Assembly: GCA_046754465.1 (NCBI GenBank)
Contig: JBHHVU010000041.1
Location: 1-28,431, forward strand
Length of the DNA: 28,431 bases
Direction of reading: 5' to 3'
Source: Nitrospinaceae bacterium
GTDB taxonomy: Bacteria > Nitrospinota > Nitrospinia > Nitrospinales > VA-1
Translations under genes and position numbers: made by a program
Part shown: piece by piece, positions 19,430-28,030 of the stretch
Numbering within the stretch: position 1 is the stretch's first letter
How the letters are laid out: each line of letters starts with the position of its first letter
The notes under the pieces: generated by a model
The model's database searches: none
What the model saw: the letters and a program-made list of their open reading frames with translations, nothing else
Told to the model about the DNA's origin: nothing

Positions 19430-19651
19430 ATGAAGGACGAAGTAGAGGCCGTACTGGACACGCTGCGCCCATCGCTGATGAAAGATGGTGGAAACGTGGA
19501 ACTGGTCGACATCGAGGATGGGGTGGTGAAGCTCCGTCTGGTGGGATCGTGCAGTTCCTGCTCCAGTTCCACCATGACTCTCAAGATGGGAATCGAACGG
19601 GCGCTCAAAAAGGCGATTCCCATGGTGCGGTGTATCGAAGCGATCGAATAA
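19430..19651 (+). CDS. NifU/Nfu-domain Fe-S carrier protein
   Basis: LRPSLMKDGGNVELV...GSCSSC...TLKMGIE; RBS AAGGAG. Confidence 0.9.
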   Translation: MKDEVEAVLDTLRPSLMKDGGNVELVDIEDGVVKLRLVGSCSSCSSSTMTLKMGIERALKKAIPMVRCIEAIE

Positions 19652-19824
19652 TTGGAAGGATTCCAAGAGATTTGAAAATCGTTTCCCTCCCGGAAGATAA
19701 ATCTTTGCCAGGAGGTCCGTCGAAAACGAAAACCATTGCAAATGATCCATACACCCTGTTTTCAGTCGAGGCAACCCGGAATCCCGGGGCTCCCGCTGGA
19801 AAAAATCTTTCACTTCCTTCTCCC

Positions 19825-20343
19825 GTGGCCAATCCGAAAAAAATAATTCCATTCATTTTGACGGTGTTTTTGGGACTGTCCTTGATCTTCGTGGGACCCA
19901 CCGGCGCGGAAAGAGAAACCTTCGCCTCGAACTTCACCTTGAAATCCTTGGACGGTCAGGACGTGAGCCTGGACCAGTATCGGGGAAAATTCCTTCTCAT
20001 CAATTTTTGGGCCACCTGGTGCGGCCCCTGTAAAATTGAAATGCCCTCATTGGAGGCCCTGTACAAGCGGTTCAAGTCGGATAAATTCGAAATGATCGCC
20101 ATTTCCAACGACATGTTCGGCGAATCCGTGGTGAAACCTTATGTCGAAGCGAACCACCTGACGTTCAGGATATTGCTGGATCAGCAATTGACGGTCAGCT
20201 ACCAGTTCGGTGTTGTCAGTTTACCGACGACCTTCCTGATCGACCCGCAGGGAAAAATCATTGGTACCCGTCAGGGTGCTGAAAACTGGACCGCCCCGGA
20301 TACTCTGCAATACTTCGAAGACCTTCTTAATCCGAAGGGTTGA
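19825..20343 (+). CDS. TlpA/ResA-family thiol-disulfide oxidoreductase with N-terminal anchor
   Basis: NFWATWCGPC, LPTTFLID; hydrophobic N-terminus; GTG start uncertain. Confidence 0.85.
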   Translation: MANPKKIIPFILTVFLGLSLIFVGPTGAERETFASNFTLKSLDGQDVSLDQYRGKFLLINFWATWCGPCKIEMPSLEALYKRFKSDKFEMIAISNDMFGESVVKPYVEANHLTFRILLDQQLTVSYQFGVVSLPTTFLIDPQGKIIGTRQGAENWTAPDTLQYFEDLLNPKG

Positions 20344-20412
20344 CCATCAATCACCCCATGCTCTCACGGTGGGCGCCGGCGTGGACAGCCGGGCGCCTCA
20401 TTCGGATCCATT

Positions 20413-22206
20413 ATGAAATATAAATTTTTCCTCTCATCCCTTCTGGCGGCGGTTTTCCTATGGACCGCCGGTCCCGGAATGGGAACCGAAAACCCCAGAG
20501 AGAATCCCCTGGAAGGGGACATGGTGCTGATTCCCGCCGGCCAGTTCCTTTTCGGCACCAATAAAAAGGACGAAGCCGCCGAAGCCCTGTCCCTGGGCAT
20601 TCCCAAACCCTGGTACGCCGACGAAAGGCCCCAGCAAAAAGTTTTCTTGAAAAATTTCTATATCGACCGGTACGAAGTGACCAACCGCAGGTACAAAATT
20701 TACCTGGACGATGTCGAAGCCATCCCCCCACCCTCCTGGGAAAAAAACAACTATCCCCCCGGCCAGGACGATTATCCCGTGGCCTGGGTCACCTGGTTTG
20801 ACGCGGCGAATTTCTGCCAGTGGGCGGGGAAACAACTGCCCTCCGAAAAACAATGGGAACGCGCCGCGCGAGGAAAGAACGGAGCCGAGTATCCCTGGGG
20901 AAACACTTTTGATCCCGCGCACGCCAACCTTTCCCCCAAAGCCGGGAGTAAAAACCTGATCGTTCCCGTAGGTTCCTTTCCCCAGGGCGCTTCGCCCGAG
21001 GGGGTGCAGGATCTCATAGGAAATGTTTGGGAATGGGTGGCCGATGACTATGCCACTTACAAGGGAAGCACCTACCAAAGCGAATTCTTCAACCAAGGGT
21101 TGAAGGTCATCCGCGGATCATCGGCAAGAAACATCGGGCATTTTCCAGGTCCATCCTACACCACCGCCCTGGAAAAATTCTCGCGAAGCGGGTACCGCCA
21201 ATTCGCCGATCCCGATGAACCGGCGCCGGACGTGGGGTTCCGGTGTGTGAGTCTGGAAAAGCCCGTGGCCATGAAAATGGCTTCCGCCAGCAATTCCGCT
21301 TCGGGAGGCGCCGCCCCGCCTGGACCCGGTTCCGCAAAGTCGAATCCTTTTAAATCAACCAATTCCGCTTCCTTATCTGTTTCTCCCAGCGGGGGCGCGG
21401 CGCCATCCAAGACATTCAATCCCTTTGAAGCCAAACCCCAGCTTCCCCAATCGGGGCTCCTGGTCCTGACGCTTCTGGCCTTTTTCGCCGGGGTTTTCAG
21501 TTTTCTTTCACCCTGCACCTTACCCATCCTGCCGGCTTATTTCGCCATCACCGCTCAAACGGACCGGACGCGCATCAGCCTGATGTCCCTGGCTTTTTTT
21601 ATCGGTCTGGCCACCCTGTTCGTTGCGATGGGTGCGTCGGCCAGTCTGATTGGACAGGTCCTGCGGAATTATCTGTTTTCCCTGACCACCATCGGGGGGG
21701 GGCTGGTGGCCCTCTTCGGGGTGATGACGCTTTTCGGCAAGGGGTTTTCAGGGGCCAGTTTCCAGGGCCGGCCGGCATCGACCTTTTTCGGGTTCTTCCT
21801 GTTCGGGGCCACTTTCGCCCTGGGATGGACCCCCTGCGTGGGGCCCATCCTCTCGGGAATCCTCATCCTGGCCGCATCCGATAAAACCGTTTTTGAGGGG
21901 ATGAATCTGCTTTTCTTCTACGCCGTTGGGCTGGGATTGCCTTTGATCCTTATTTCCACTTTTTGCGGCCACCTGCCGAAAGACGGCCTGTTCTGGAGAC
22001 TCCTGAGAGGAAAGGGATGGGACGTGGCCATCGGCGGCCGGACCCTGCACCTCCACACCACGAACCTGTTCAGCGGCCTGTTGCTCATCACCCTGGGTAT
22101 CGCTCTCGCCATGGGATACATCACCTACCTCAACAGCATGATTCCCATTGAACTTCAGTTATGGTTCAGCGGAATGGAGGACAAATTTCTGCACTGGTTC
22201 ATGTGA
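20413..22206 (+). CDS. Fusion: signal peptide + FGE/SUMF1-like domain + linker + CcdA/DsbD transmembrane domain
   Basis: IDRYEVTN, LPSEKQWERAARG, GNVWEW, GFRC; then SFLSPCTLP and GWTPCVGPIL with several TM helices. Confidence 0.85.
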   Translation: MKYKFFLSSLLAAVFLWTAGPGMGTENPRENPLEGDMVLIPAGQFLFGTNKKDEAAEALSLGIPKPWYADERPQQKVFLKNFYIDRYEVTNRRYKIYLDDVEAIPPPSWEKNNYPPGQDDYPVAWVTWFDAANFCQWAGKQLPSEKQWERAARGKNGAEYPWGNTFDPAHANLSPKAGSKNLIVPVGSFPQGASPEGVQDLIGNVWEWVADDYATYKGSTYQSEFFNQGLKVIRGSSARNIGHFPGPSYTTALEKFSRSGYRQFADPDEPAPDVGFRCVSLEKPVAMKMASASNSASGGAAPPGPGSAKSNPFKSTNSASLSVSPSGGAAPSKTFNPFEAKPQLPQSGLLVLTLLAFFAGVFSFLSPCTLPILPAYFAITAQTDRTRISLMSLAFFIGLATLFVAMGASASLIGQVLRNYLFSLTTIGGGLVALFGVMTLFGKGFSGASFQGRPASTFFGFFLFGATFALGWTPCVGPILSGILILAASDKTVFEGMNLLFFYAVGLGLPLILISTFCGHLPKDGLFWRLLRGKGWDVAIGGRTLHLHTTNLFSGLLLITLGIALAMGYITYLNSMIPIELQLWFSGMEDKFLHWFM

Positions 22207-22250
22207 AGGACGCAGCGCATGCGTCCTCTCGAAAGTTTAGCGATAACCCA

Positions 22251-22280
22251 TTGAAATTCATCACCGAAATTTGCTAGAAT
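22251..22280 (+). promoter_or_regulatory. Putative sigma70 promoter
   Basis: TTGAAA-18 bp-TAGAAT with extended -10 TG. Confidence 0.5.
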
Positions 22281-22325
22281 CAAGCCACGGCCATCTCAAA
22301 ATACCAACCGGCTTTTGGAGGCGAC

Positions 22326-22802
22326 ATGAAACTTTCAGCCAAATTGAGTATTCTGCTGATACTTTTCCTGTATGCCTGTACAGGCGCAAACACCGAGGTG
22401 AAAAAAAGTTGGAAAAATAATATAAACACCCTGGCCATCGTTGACCTCACTTCCAAAAATTACGACCTCATGGACGCGGGGGCCCGTCTGTTTAATTCCC
22501 TCGAAAACTCCATCGACAAAACCGGATTTCACCTCGCCGGCAAAAACGCCAAGTACCAGCTAAAATTCAAGATCGTCGAATACGATTCCGGAAACCGGCT
22601 CGCCAGGCTGGCCACCCTGGGAATCGCCGATTCCGCCAAGGCCAAACTGAAGGTCAAGGCCGCCCTGTATAGTGATGATGTTTTGGTGGGGGGCTGGGTG
22701 GTGGATTCCTGGCTGAAAGGCGGGATCGTTGGGGGATCGGAGGATAAGGTGTTTGCCAAAGCAGCCGAGGAAATTGTCCAGCATCTCAAAGGGGAGTATT
22801 GA
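22326..22802 (+). CDS. Lipoprotein, DUF4410-like
   Basis: Lipobox LYAC; YDSGNRLARL..G...A.L.V pattern; RBS GGAGG. Confidence 0.65.
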   Translation: MKLSAKLSILLILFLYACTGANTEVKKSWKNNINTLAIVDLTSKNYDLMDAGARLFNSLENSIDKTGFHLAGKNAKYQLKFKIVEYDSGNRLARLATLGIADSAKAKLKVKAALYSDDVLVGGWVVDSWLKGGIVGGSEDKVFAKAAEEIVQHLKGEY

Positions 22803-22873
22803 ATCCGGCCCAGGACGGCCCCTGAATCGGGTTGCCGATTTTCCCTATTGGGATAACGGATACCCGCCCAGTC

Positions 22874-23596
22874 TCATCCGATATCCTTGGCGCAACGGAA
22901 TCCAAGAAAATTGAAGGAGGCCTCCGGCTCGATCCAGTTCCGGAAATAAGCGGGCGTGAACTGGATCGATAGATGCATCTGCGTCAACCCGCCACGGATC
23001 ACCTTGAACCTTTTCCTTTCCGCCGCCGGTTGACCCGGAGCGTTGTACCAGTCGGATGTCCATTCCCAAACATTGTAGCCCATGCCGTAAACCCCGTAGG
23101 GACTGATCCACTCATCCCGCTTGTCTACCGCCTCCGGGATGAAACCGGAAAACCCGGTGTTGGGATGTTTAAAATACCGGTTCCACGGCCATTTTCTGCC
23201 ATCCACCCCCCGGGCCGCCTTCTCCCATTCCGTTTCCTTTGGCAAACGCTTCTCCTTCCACCGGCAAAACGCCTCGGCCTCTTGGTAGGTCACGAGGGGA
23301 ACCGGAAATTGAGCCTTGGGGGATCGATATTCATACTCCGGCCGGAACATCTTGTATTGGGCGCGGGTGACCTCGTACCGGTCGATCAGATAGGCGGGGG
23401 TCATCACTTTCCTGCCCCCCAGGGTATTGGGATCGTCCTTATGCCCCATGATAAACTCCCCCGCCGGGATATAAACCATCCCCTCGGGTACGGTTACCCC
23501 CGCAGGCACCTCCACGGGAATCTGTTCCACCTCATGGCTTTCGCAGGAAAAAAGAAAGAGCCCCAAGGAAAAAACCGTCAAGGCCGGCCAATTCAT
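22874..23596 (-). CDS. FGE/SUMF1-like domain lipoprotein
   Basis: Lipobox LFSC; IDRYEVT, RLPKETEWEKAARG, NVWEW, LGFRCA; ATG overlaps the upstream stop (ATGA). Confidence 0.85.
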   Translation of the reverse strand: MNWPALTVFSLGLFLFSCESHEVEQIPVEVPAGVTVPEGMVYIPAGEFIMGHKDDPNTLGGRKVMTPAYLIDRYEVTRAQYKMFRPEYEYRSPKAQFPVPLVTYQEAEAFCRWKEKRLPKETEWEKAARGVDGRKWPWNRYFKHPNTGFSGFIPEAVDKRDEWISPYGVYGMGYNVWEWTSDWYNAPGQPAAERKRFKVIRGGLTQMHLSIQFTPAYFRNWIEPEASFNFLGFRCAKDIG

Positions 23597-24348
23597 GCGG
23601 GTCTTTTGTCGAACCAATGGAAAACTTCGCCCCCGTGGATGGCCAGGGGCTTTTTATTGAAGTCGAGCGGATGATCCATCCCCGGCTGTATCGTCCCGTC
23701 AACGGAGTAAGGACCGTTGTTGGACCAGTAGTTTCTCTTGCGGGAATCGGTGAATTCTATCCGGGTGATGTACTTGATGTTTTTGTAACCGTACTTGAAG
23801 GGCGCGATCAACCGCAGGGGAAATCCATGATCCCGCGATAAGGAGCGGCCGTTCATGCGCAGGACAAAAAGCACTCGGGGCCGCCGCAACTCTTCCAGGG
23901 TGTAGCTTTCGTAATAGGAATCGGCCGACTGAAACGAGACGTACTTCGCCGAGGGATCGGGGTGGACAAGGTTTTCCAGGGCCTCCATGAGGAATCCCTC
24001 CCATTGGGCCTTGGCGGACCAGCATTCCACGCATTTCAACCGGGAGACCTGGGAATGGATTTTAAGCCCGAACAGGTCTTCATAGCTCAGCGCCACCGGA
24101 TTTTTCACCAACCCGGTGATCACCAGCGCCCAATTATTGACATCCACCCCGAGAAAGGGATTGGCACTGCGAATATGAAAATCGGGGATATCGCGGTTCT
24201 GTATGTAATTTTTGGGAATGTTCTTGTTTTTCCGGAAATCCGTTTGACCGGACACGGCACGGGGAAACAACGCGGAAAGGACCGTCAATGAGGATAATTT
24301 AAGAAAAACCCTGCGGTCGAATTTGAATTTGTCCCATGAAAAATTCAT
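23593..24348 (-). CDS. Tat-exported molybdopterin oxidoreductase, MsrP/YedY-like (sulfite oxidase family)
   Basis: Tat motif DRRVFLK; CVECWS (Mo-ligand Cys), HGFPLRL, KYGYKNIKYITRIEF. Confidence 0.85.
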   Translation of the reverse strand: MNFSWDKFKFDRRVFLKLSSLTVLSALFPRAVSGQTDFRKNKNIPKNYIQNRDIPDFHIRSANPFLGVDVNNWALVITGLVKNPVALSYEDLFGLKIHSQVSRLKCVECWSAKAQWEGFLMEALENLVHPDPSAKYVSFQSADSYYESYTLEELRRPRVLFVLRMNGRSLSRDHGFPLRLIAPFKYGYKNIKYITRIEFTDSRKRNYWSNNGPYSVDGTIQPGMDHPLDFNKKPLAIHGGEVFHWFDKRPA

Positions 24349-24394
24349 GTCCCAGACCCATCCAGACCCTTATCCGGGAAGACCCTGACATCCC

Positions 24395-25204
24395 TTACCG
24401 GATTTGGCGGAACCCCAGAACGTCCTGCATATCATACAGTCCGACGGGTTGATCGACTAACCAGCAAGCCGCCCGGATAGCCCCGCGGGCGAAGGTTTCC
24501 CGGCTTTGCGCCCGGTGGAAAATTTCCAGGTTTTCTCCCATTCCGCCGAAGAGCACCCGGTGTTCTCCGACAATATCCCCCGCCCGTAAGGTGTGGATCC
24601 CGATTTCTCCGGGTTGCCGTTCGGTCACCCCTTTCCGGCCGTATACCGCCACCTGGTCCAGATCGCGATTCAGGGTTTCGGCCAGGATCTCCGAAATACG
24701 GACGGCGGTGCCGCTGGGCGCGTCTTTTTTGAATTTGTGGTGGGCTTCCACGATTTCCACATCGTAGGCCTCTCCCAGCGCCAAGGCCATGTCCCGCACT
24801 ACCTTGAATAATACATTGACCCCAATGCTCATGTTGGGGGCCATGACGCTGCGGTTTTTCCTGGCCAACTCCTGGACCCGCTGTTTCTGCTCCGCCGAAA
24901 ATCCGGTCGTTCCTATCACCATCGGCTTGAACTTCTCAGTCCCCACCCGAAGGGTCTCCATGCTGCATTCGGGGGTGGTGAAGTCGATGATGGCATCCGC
25001 CGATTCCACCGCGTCTTCCAGCCGGTCCATGACGCAAATGTTCTTTGGGCCGATGCCCGCCAGCTCGCCCACATCCTTTCCCAGGGCGGGATGCCCCGGG
25101 GTCTCGGTTCCCCCGGCCAGTTCAGCCCCCGGGCTGTCTTCGATGCAGGAGACGATGGTCCGGCCCATCCGTCCCGCCGCGCCCACCACAACTATTTTGA
25201 TCAA
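24395..25204 (-). CDS. dapB: 4-hydroxy-tetrahydrodipicolinate reductase
   Basis: GAAGRMG, IDFT, IGTTG, EAHHKFKKDAPSGTA. Confidence 0.97.
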   Translation of the reverse strand: MIKIVVVGAAGRMGRTIVSCIEDSPGAELAGGTETPGHPALGKDVGELAGIGPKNICVMDRLEDAVESADAIIDFTTPECSMETLRVGTEKFKPMVIGTTGFSAEQKQRVQELARKNRSVMAPNMSIGVNVLFKVVRDMALALGEAYDVEIVEAHHKFKKDAPSGTAVRISEILAETLNRDLDQVAVYGRKGVTERQPGEIGIHTLRAGDIVGEHRVLFGGMGENLEIFHRAQSRETFARGAIRAACWLVDQPVGLYDMQDVLGFRQIR

Positions 25205-25357
25205 ATTTCCCCCTCGGCATGCTCAAACAGCCTGAATCTATTGGACACTAAATGAAACTTCAATTGCAAGTGATTTCCCCTCCCACGAGACGGGGTGCGG
25301 CAAAAAGAGTATTTCCCATGATGATCCTGACAAGCGTTACAAAGGGTATACGGGCAA

Positions 25358-25391
25358 GATGGATCGGATGCCGCCGCGGTCCCGATCCATC
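25358..25391. terminator. Stem-loop just downstream of dapA
   Basis: GATGGATCGG...CCGATCCATC perfect 10-bp stem; only a weak U-tract. Confidence 0.35.
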
Positions 25392-25395
25392 CCCC

Positions 25396-26274
25396 TCAAG
25401 GCGTGGCCAGGCAATGCTTGTGCAAGGCGGACTTCAACCGCTCGAGGGCATTGTCCGATAGAGGGGCCAGGGGAGACCGGAGTTCCCCGCCAATTTTTCC
25501 CATCACCGCCAGAGCCGCCTTGACCGGTACCGGGTTGGTGTCGATAAACAGCGCTTCATTGATTTCCAACAGATCATAATGCAGCGCCCGGGCCTCTTCC
25601 ATGTTCCCCCGGGCGGCGGCCTCGCAAAGACGGGAGACCTTGTCCGGAAGAATGTTGGCGGTGACCGAGATCACCCCTTTCCCTCCAATAGACAAAATGG
25701 GCCAGAGCAGCGGGTCGTCTCCCGACAACACCGTGAACTCCGGTCCGCAAAGGGAGATGATTTGGCCGATCTGCTGCAAGGACCCAGAAGCCTCCTTGAT
25801 GCCAACGATATTGCCGATGGCCGACAGCCGCTTCACCGTTGGCGGAAGCATATTGACGGACGTTCTCCCCGGAACATTATACAAAATGATCGGCAGGTCG
25901 GTCTCTTTCGCCACGGCGGTAAAATGCAGCACCAACCCCTCTTGGCTGGGTTTGTTGTAGTACGGGGTGATCAGCAATGACCCGTCCGCTCCCGCTTTTT
26001 GGGCGTGCTGGGTCAGTTCGATGGCTTCCAGGGTGGAGTTGGACCCCGTGCCCGCCAGCACCGGCACTCTTTTTTTGCAGGCGTCGACGGCGATGTGGAT
26101 GACCTCATCGTGCTCATCGTGGCTGAGGGTGGCCGACTCACCCGTGGTGCCGCACGGAACGATCCCCCGCGTGCCCCCGGCGATCTGGAATTCGATCAAC
26201 TCCCTCAGGGACTTTTCATCCACTTTCCCGTTTTTGAACGGAGTGACGATGGCGACCAGCGATCCCTCAAACAT
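25396..26274 (-). CDS. dapA: 4-hydroxy-tetrahydrodipicolinate synthase
   Basis: AIVTPF, GTTGES, PYYNKP, LYNVPGRT, GIKEASG, NPVPVK. Confidence 0.97.
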   Translation of the reverse strand: MFEGSLVAIVTPFKNGKVDEKSLRELIEFQIAGGTRGIVPCGTTGESATLSHDEHDEVIHIAVDACKKRVPVLAGTGSNSTLEAIELTQHAQKAGADGSLLITPYYNKPSQEGLVLHFTAVAKETDLPIILYNVPGRTSVNMLPPTVKRLSAIGNIVGIKEASGSLQQIGQIISLCGPEFTVLSGDDPLLWPILSIGGKGVISVTANILPDKVSRLCEAAARGNMEEARALHYDLLEINEALFIDTNPVPVKAALAVMGKIGGELRSPLAPLSDNALERLKSALHKHCLATP

Positions 26275-26303
26275 GCGGGCGTACCTCCAGGCGGAAATTC
26301 AGG

Positions 26304-27116
26304 TTAGAGTTCAACGAGCGTCCCCTCGAAAGCGATCTTGGCCGGACCTTCCAGGTAGACGTCCAGAACCGATCCATTGGACGGCTGAAAATGGACTTTA
26401 AGAATATCCCCGCCCCGGGTCTCGACCCGGACGGGAGGATCGACCTGCTTTCTGAAAGCCGCCAGGAGGGCCGAGGCCACCACCCCCGTGCCGCAGGCCA
26501 GGGTTTCATCTTCCACGCCCCTTTCGTAGGTGCGGACCTTCAGGGAATGGGCATCCCGTTTTTCGACGAAGTCCACGTTGGTCCCCGCGGGAGCGAACCG
26601 GGGATGGTTGCGTATGCCGCGTCCCAGGCCGCGGATATCTTCCCCGGCGACGTTGTCACTGAATACGATCGCGTGCGGCACGCCGGTGTTGATGCTGTCC
26701 ACGCTGTATTTCACGCCGTCCAGATCCAGATCGACGTTTTGCAGCAGGTCCCGGGGAGGCGTCAACTTGACCTTGACCTGGGTTCCCATCACCTCCGCGG
26801 TGATGATGCCCGCAGCCGTCTCTATGGACATCTGGCTCGGCGCGATCTTTTTTTCATAGGCGAAACGGGCCACGCAACGGCCGCCGTTGCCGCACATTTC
26901 GGCGGAGCTCCCGTCGGCGTTATAAAAATCCCATTTGAAATCCGCCCGGTCCGAGTTCTCGATGAATATCACACCGTCCGCCCCCACGGAAACCTTGGGG
27001 GTGCAGACCCGGCGGACGAAGTCCCGCTTGGTCTCCGGGGCCAAAACAGGATCGCGGTTGTCGATGATGATAAAATCGTTCCCGCTCCCGCTCATCTTGG
27101 TAAAGGCAATGCTCAC
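26304..27116 (-). CDS. dapF: Diaminopimelate epimerase
   Basis: FTKMSGSGNDF, AEMCGNG, TYERGVEDETLACGTG; GTG start after AGGAG. Confidence 0.97.
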   Translation of the reverse strand: MSIAFTKMSGSGNDFIIIDNRDPVLAPETKRDFVRRVCTPKVSVGADGVIFIENSDRADFKWDFYNADGSSAEMCGNGGRCVARFAYEKKIAPSQMSIETAAGIITAEVMGTQVKVKLTPPRDLLQNVDLDLDGVKYSVDSINTGVPHAIVFSDNVAGEDIRGLGRGIRNHPRFAPAGTNVDFVEKRDAHSLKVRTYERGVEDETLACGTGVVASALLAAFRKQVDPPVRVETRGGDILKVHFQPSNGSVLDVYLEGPAKIAFEGTLVEL

Positions 27117-27248
27117 AGCGTGCTCCTGGATCAATCTGTTTTTCTTTAGATGCGGTTGATGCTTATTTGATTCCAGCCAATTGTCACGGGGAAAGGATGA
27201 ACCGGGAAAAAGAAAAGCCTGATCCCTTTGATAGATTGGGTGAAACGG

Positions 27249-27278
27249 ATTCTATCACAGCCGCATGGAGTCCGTCAA
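27249..27278 (-). promoter_or_regulatory. Putative sigma70 promoter for dapF-dapA
   Basis: Minus strand TTGACG-18 bp-TAGAAT with extended -10 TG. Confidence 0.6.
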
Positions 27279-27280
27279 AC

Positions 27281-27481
27281 GGCCCCCGGCCCGCGGGGAG
27301 GGGGGATGGGTCAATCCAAACCGGCTATCGATCCGGGTCCGCCATATAAAATATGACAAGTTGCGAGCAGAGGCACTCCGCCCCGCCACGCGGGGAGGGG
27401 GAGGGGTCCATCCAAACCGCCAAGTCAGCCTTTGTTCGCCATATAACGTGTGTCAAATTACCTGCCGAGGTACTCGGCCGG
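27281..27481 (-). repeat. Two tandem copies (D 27281-27381, C 27378-27481) of the ~100-bp structured repeat
   Basis: Head-to-tail copies with both hairpins; 23 nt (27380-27402) identical to 27905-27927. Confidence 0.9.
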
Positions 27482-27487
27482 TGGGGA

Positions 27488-27496
27488 TGATATAAT
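27488..27496 (+). promoter_or_regulatory. Extended -10 promoter for the cupin gene
   Basis: TG-A-TATAAT, followed by RBS GGAGG at 27504-27508. Confidence 0.55.
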
Positions 27497-27514
27497 AATT
27501 TCCGGAGGTGAACC

Positions 27515-27937
27515 ATGACGGAGAATCTGAAAAAAGGCGTGACCCGGGTCCGGCAGGATAAAGAAACAGCGACGCGGCAGAAGCTTTCTTATTATGTCGG
27601 CATTTCCAGGGACACCGCCGGGGCCACGGGAATTTCCATGAACCGGGTGGTGATTCCGCCCGGGGGAACGGCGGAACCGCACTACCATAAGGATTTTGAA
27701 ACGGCCATCTATCTGCTGAAAGGGCGGGTCGACACCCGGTTCGGTGAGGGGCTCAAGGAATCCATTTTGACCGAGGCGGGCGATTTCCTGTTCATTCCGC
27801 CGGGGGTGCCGCACCAGCCCTTCAACCTGAGCGAAACCGAATCGGCGATCGCCATCGTATCGCGCAACGACCCCAACGAGCAGGAAAACGTGGTCCTGTA
27901 TCCGGCCCCGCCACGCGGGGAGGGGGATGGGTCATAG
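27515..27937 (+). CDS. Cupin-domain protein
   Basis: PPGG...PHYH...ETAIY..KG and GDFLFIPPGVPHQP cupin motifs. Confidence 0.9.
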   Translation: MTENLKKGVTRVRQDKETATRQKLSYYVGISRDTAGATGISMNRVVIPPGGTAEPHYHKDFETAIYLLKGRVDTRFGEGLKESILTEAGDFLFIPPGVPHQPFNLSETESAIAIVSRNDPNEQENVVLYPAPPRGEGDGS

Positions 27938-28030
27938 CATCATCGCCAGCCCACCTTGGTCCGCCCTATAACGCATGTCCAAGCCACCCGCCGAGGTTCT
28001 CGGCCGGGCCACGCCCGGTGGGAGGGTGTG
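27902..28030 (-). repeat. ~100-bp structured repeat, copy E, plus the tail of a further copy
   Basis: 18 nt (27988-28005) is the reverse complement of 15731-15748; extra CCGGGC-GTG-GCCCGG hairpin at 28004-28018. Confidence 0.9.

Noticed and set aside
20413..23596. Diversity-generating retroelement targeting the FGE-fold genes
   Set aside because: No reverse transcriptase and no template/variable repeat pair seen in the window
22973..27149. Long plus-strand ORFs (22973-23674, 26391-27149 and others)
   Set aside because: Antisense shadows of the FGE, MsrP-like and dap genes in GC-rich DNA
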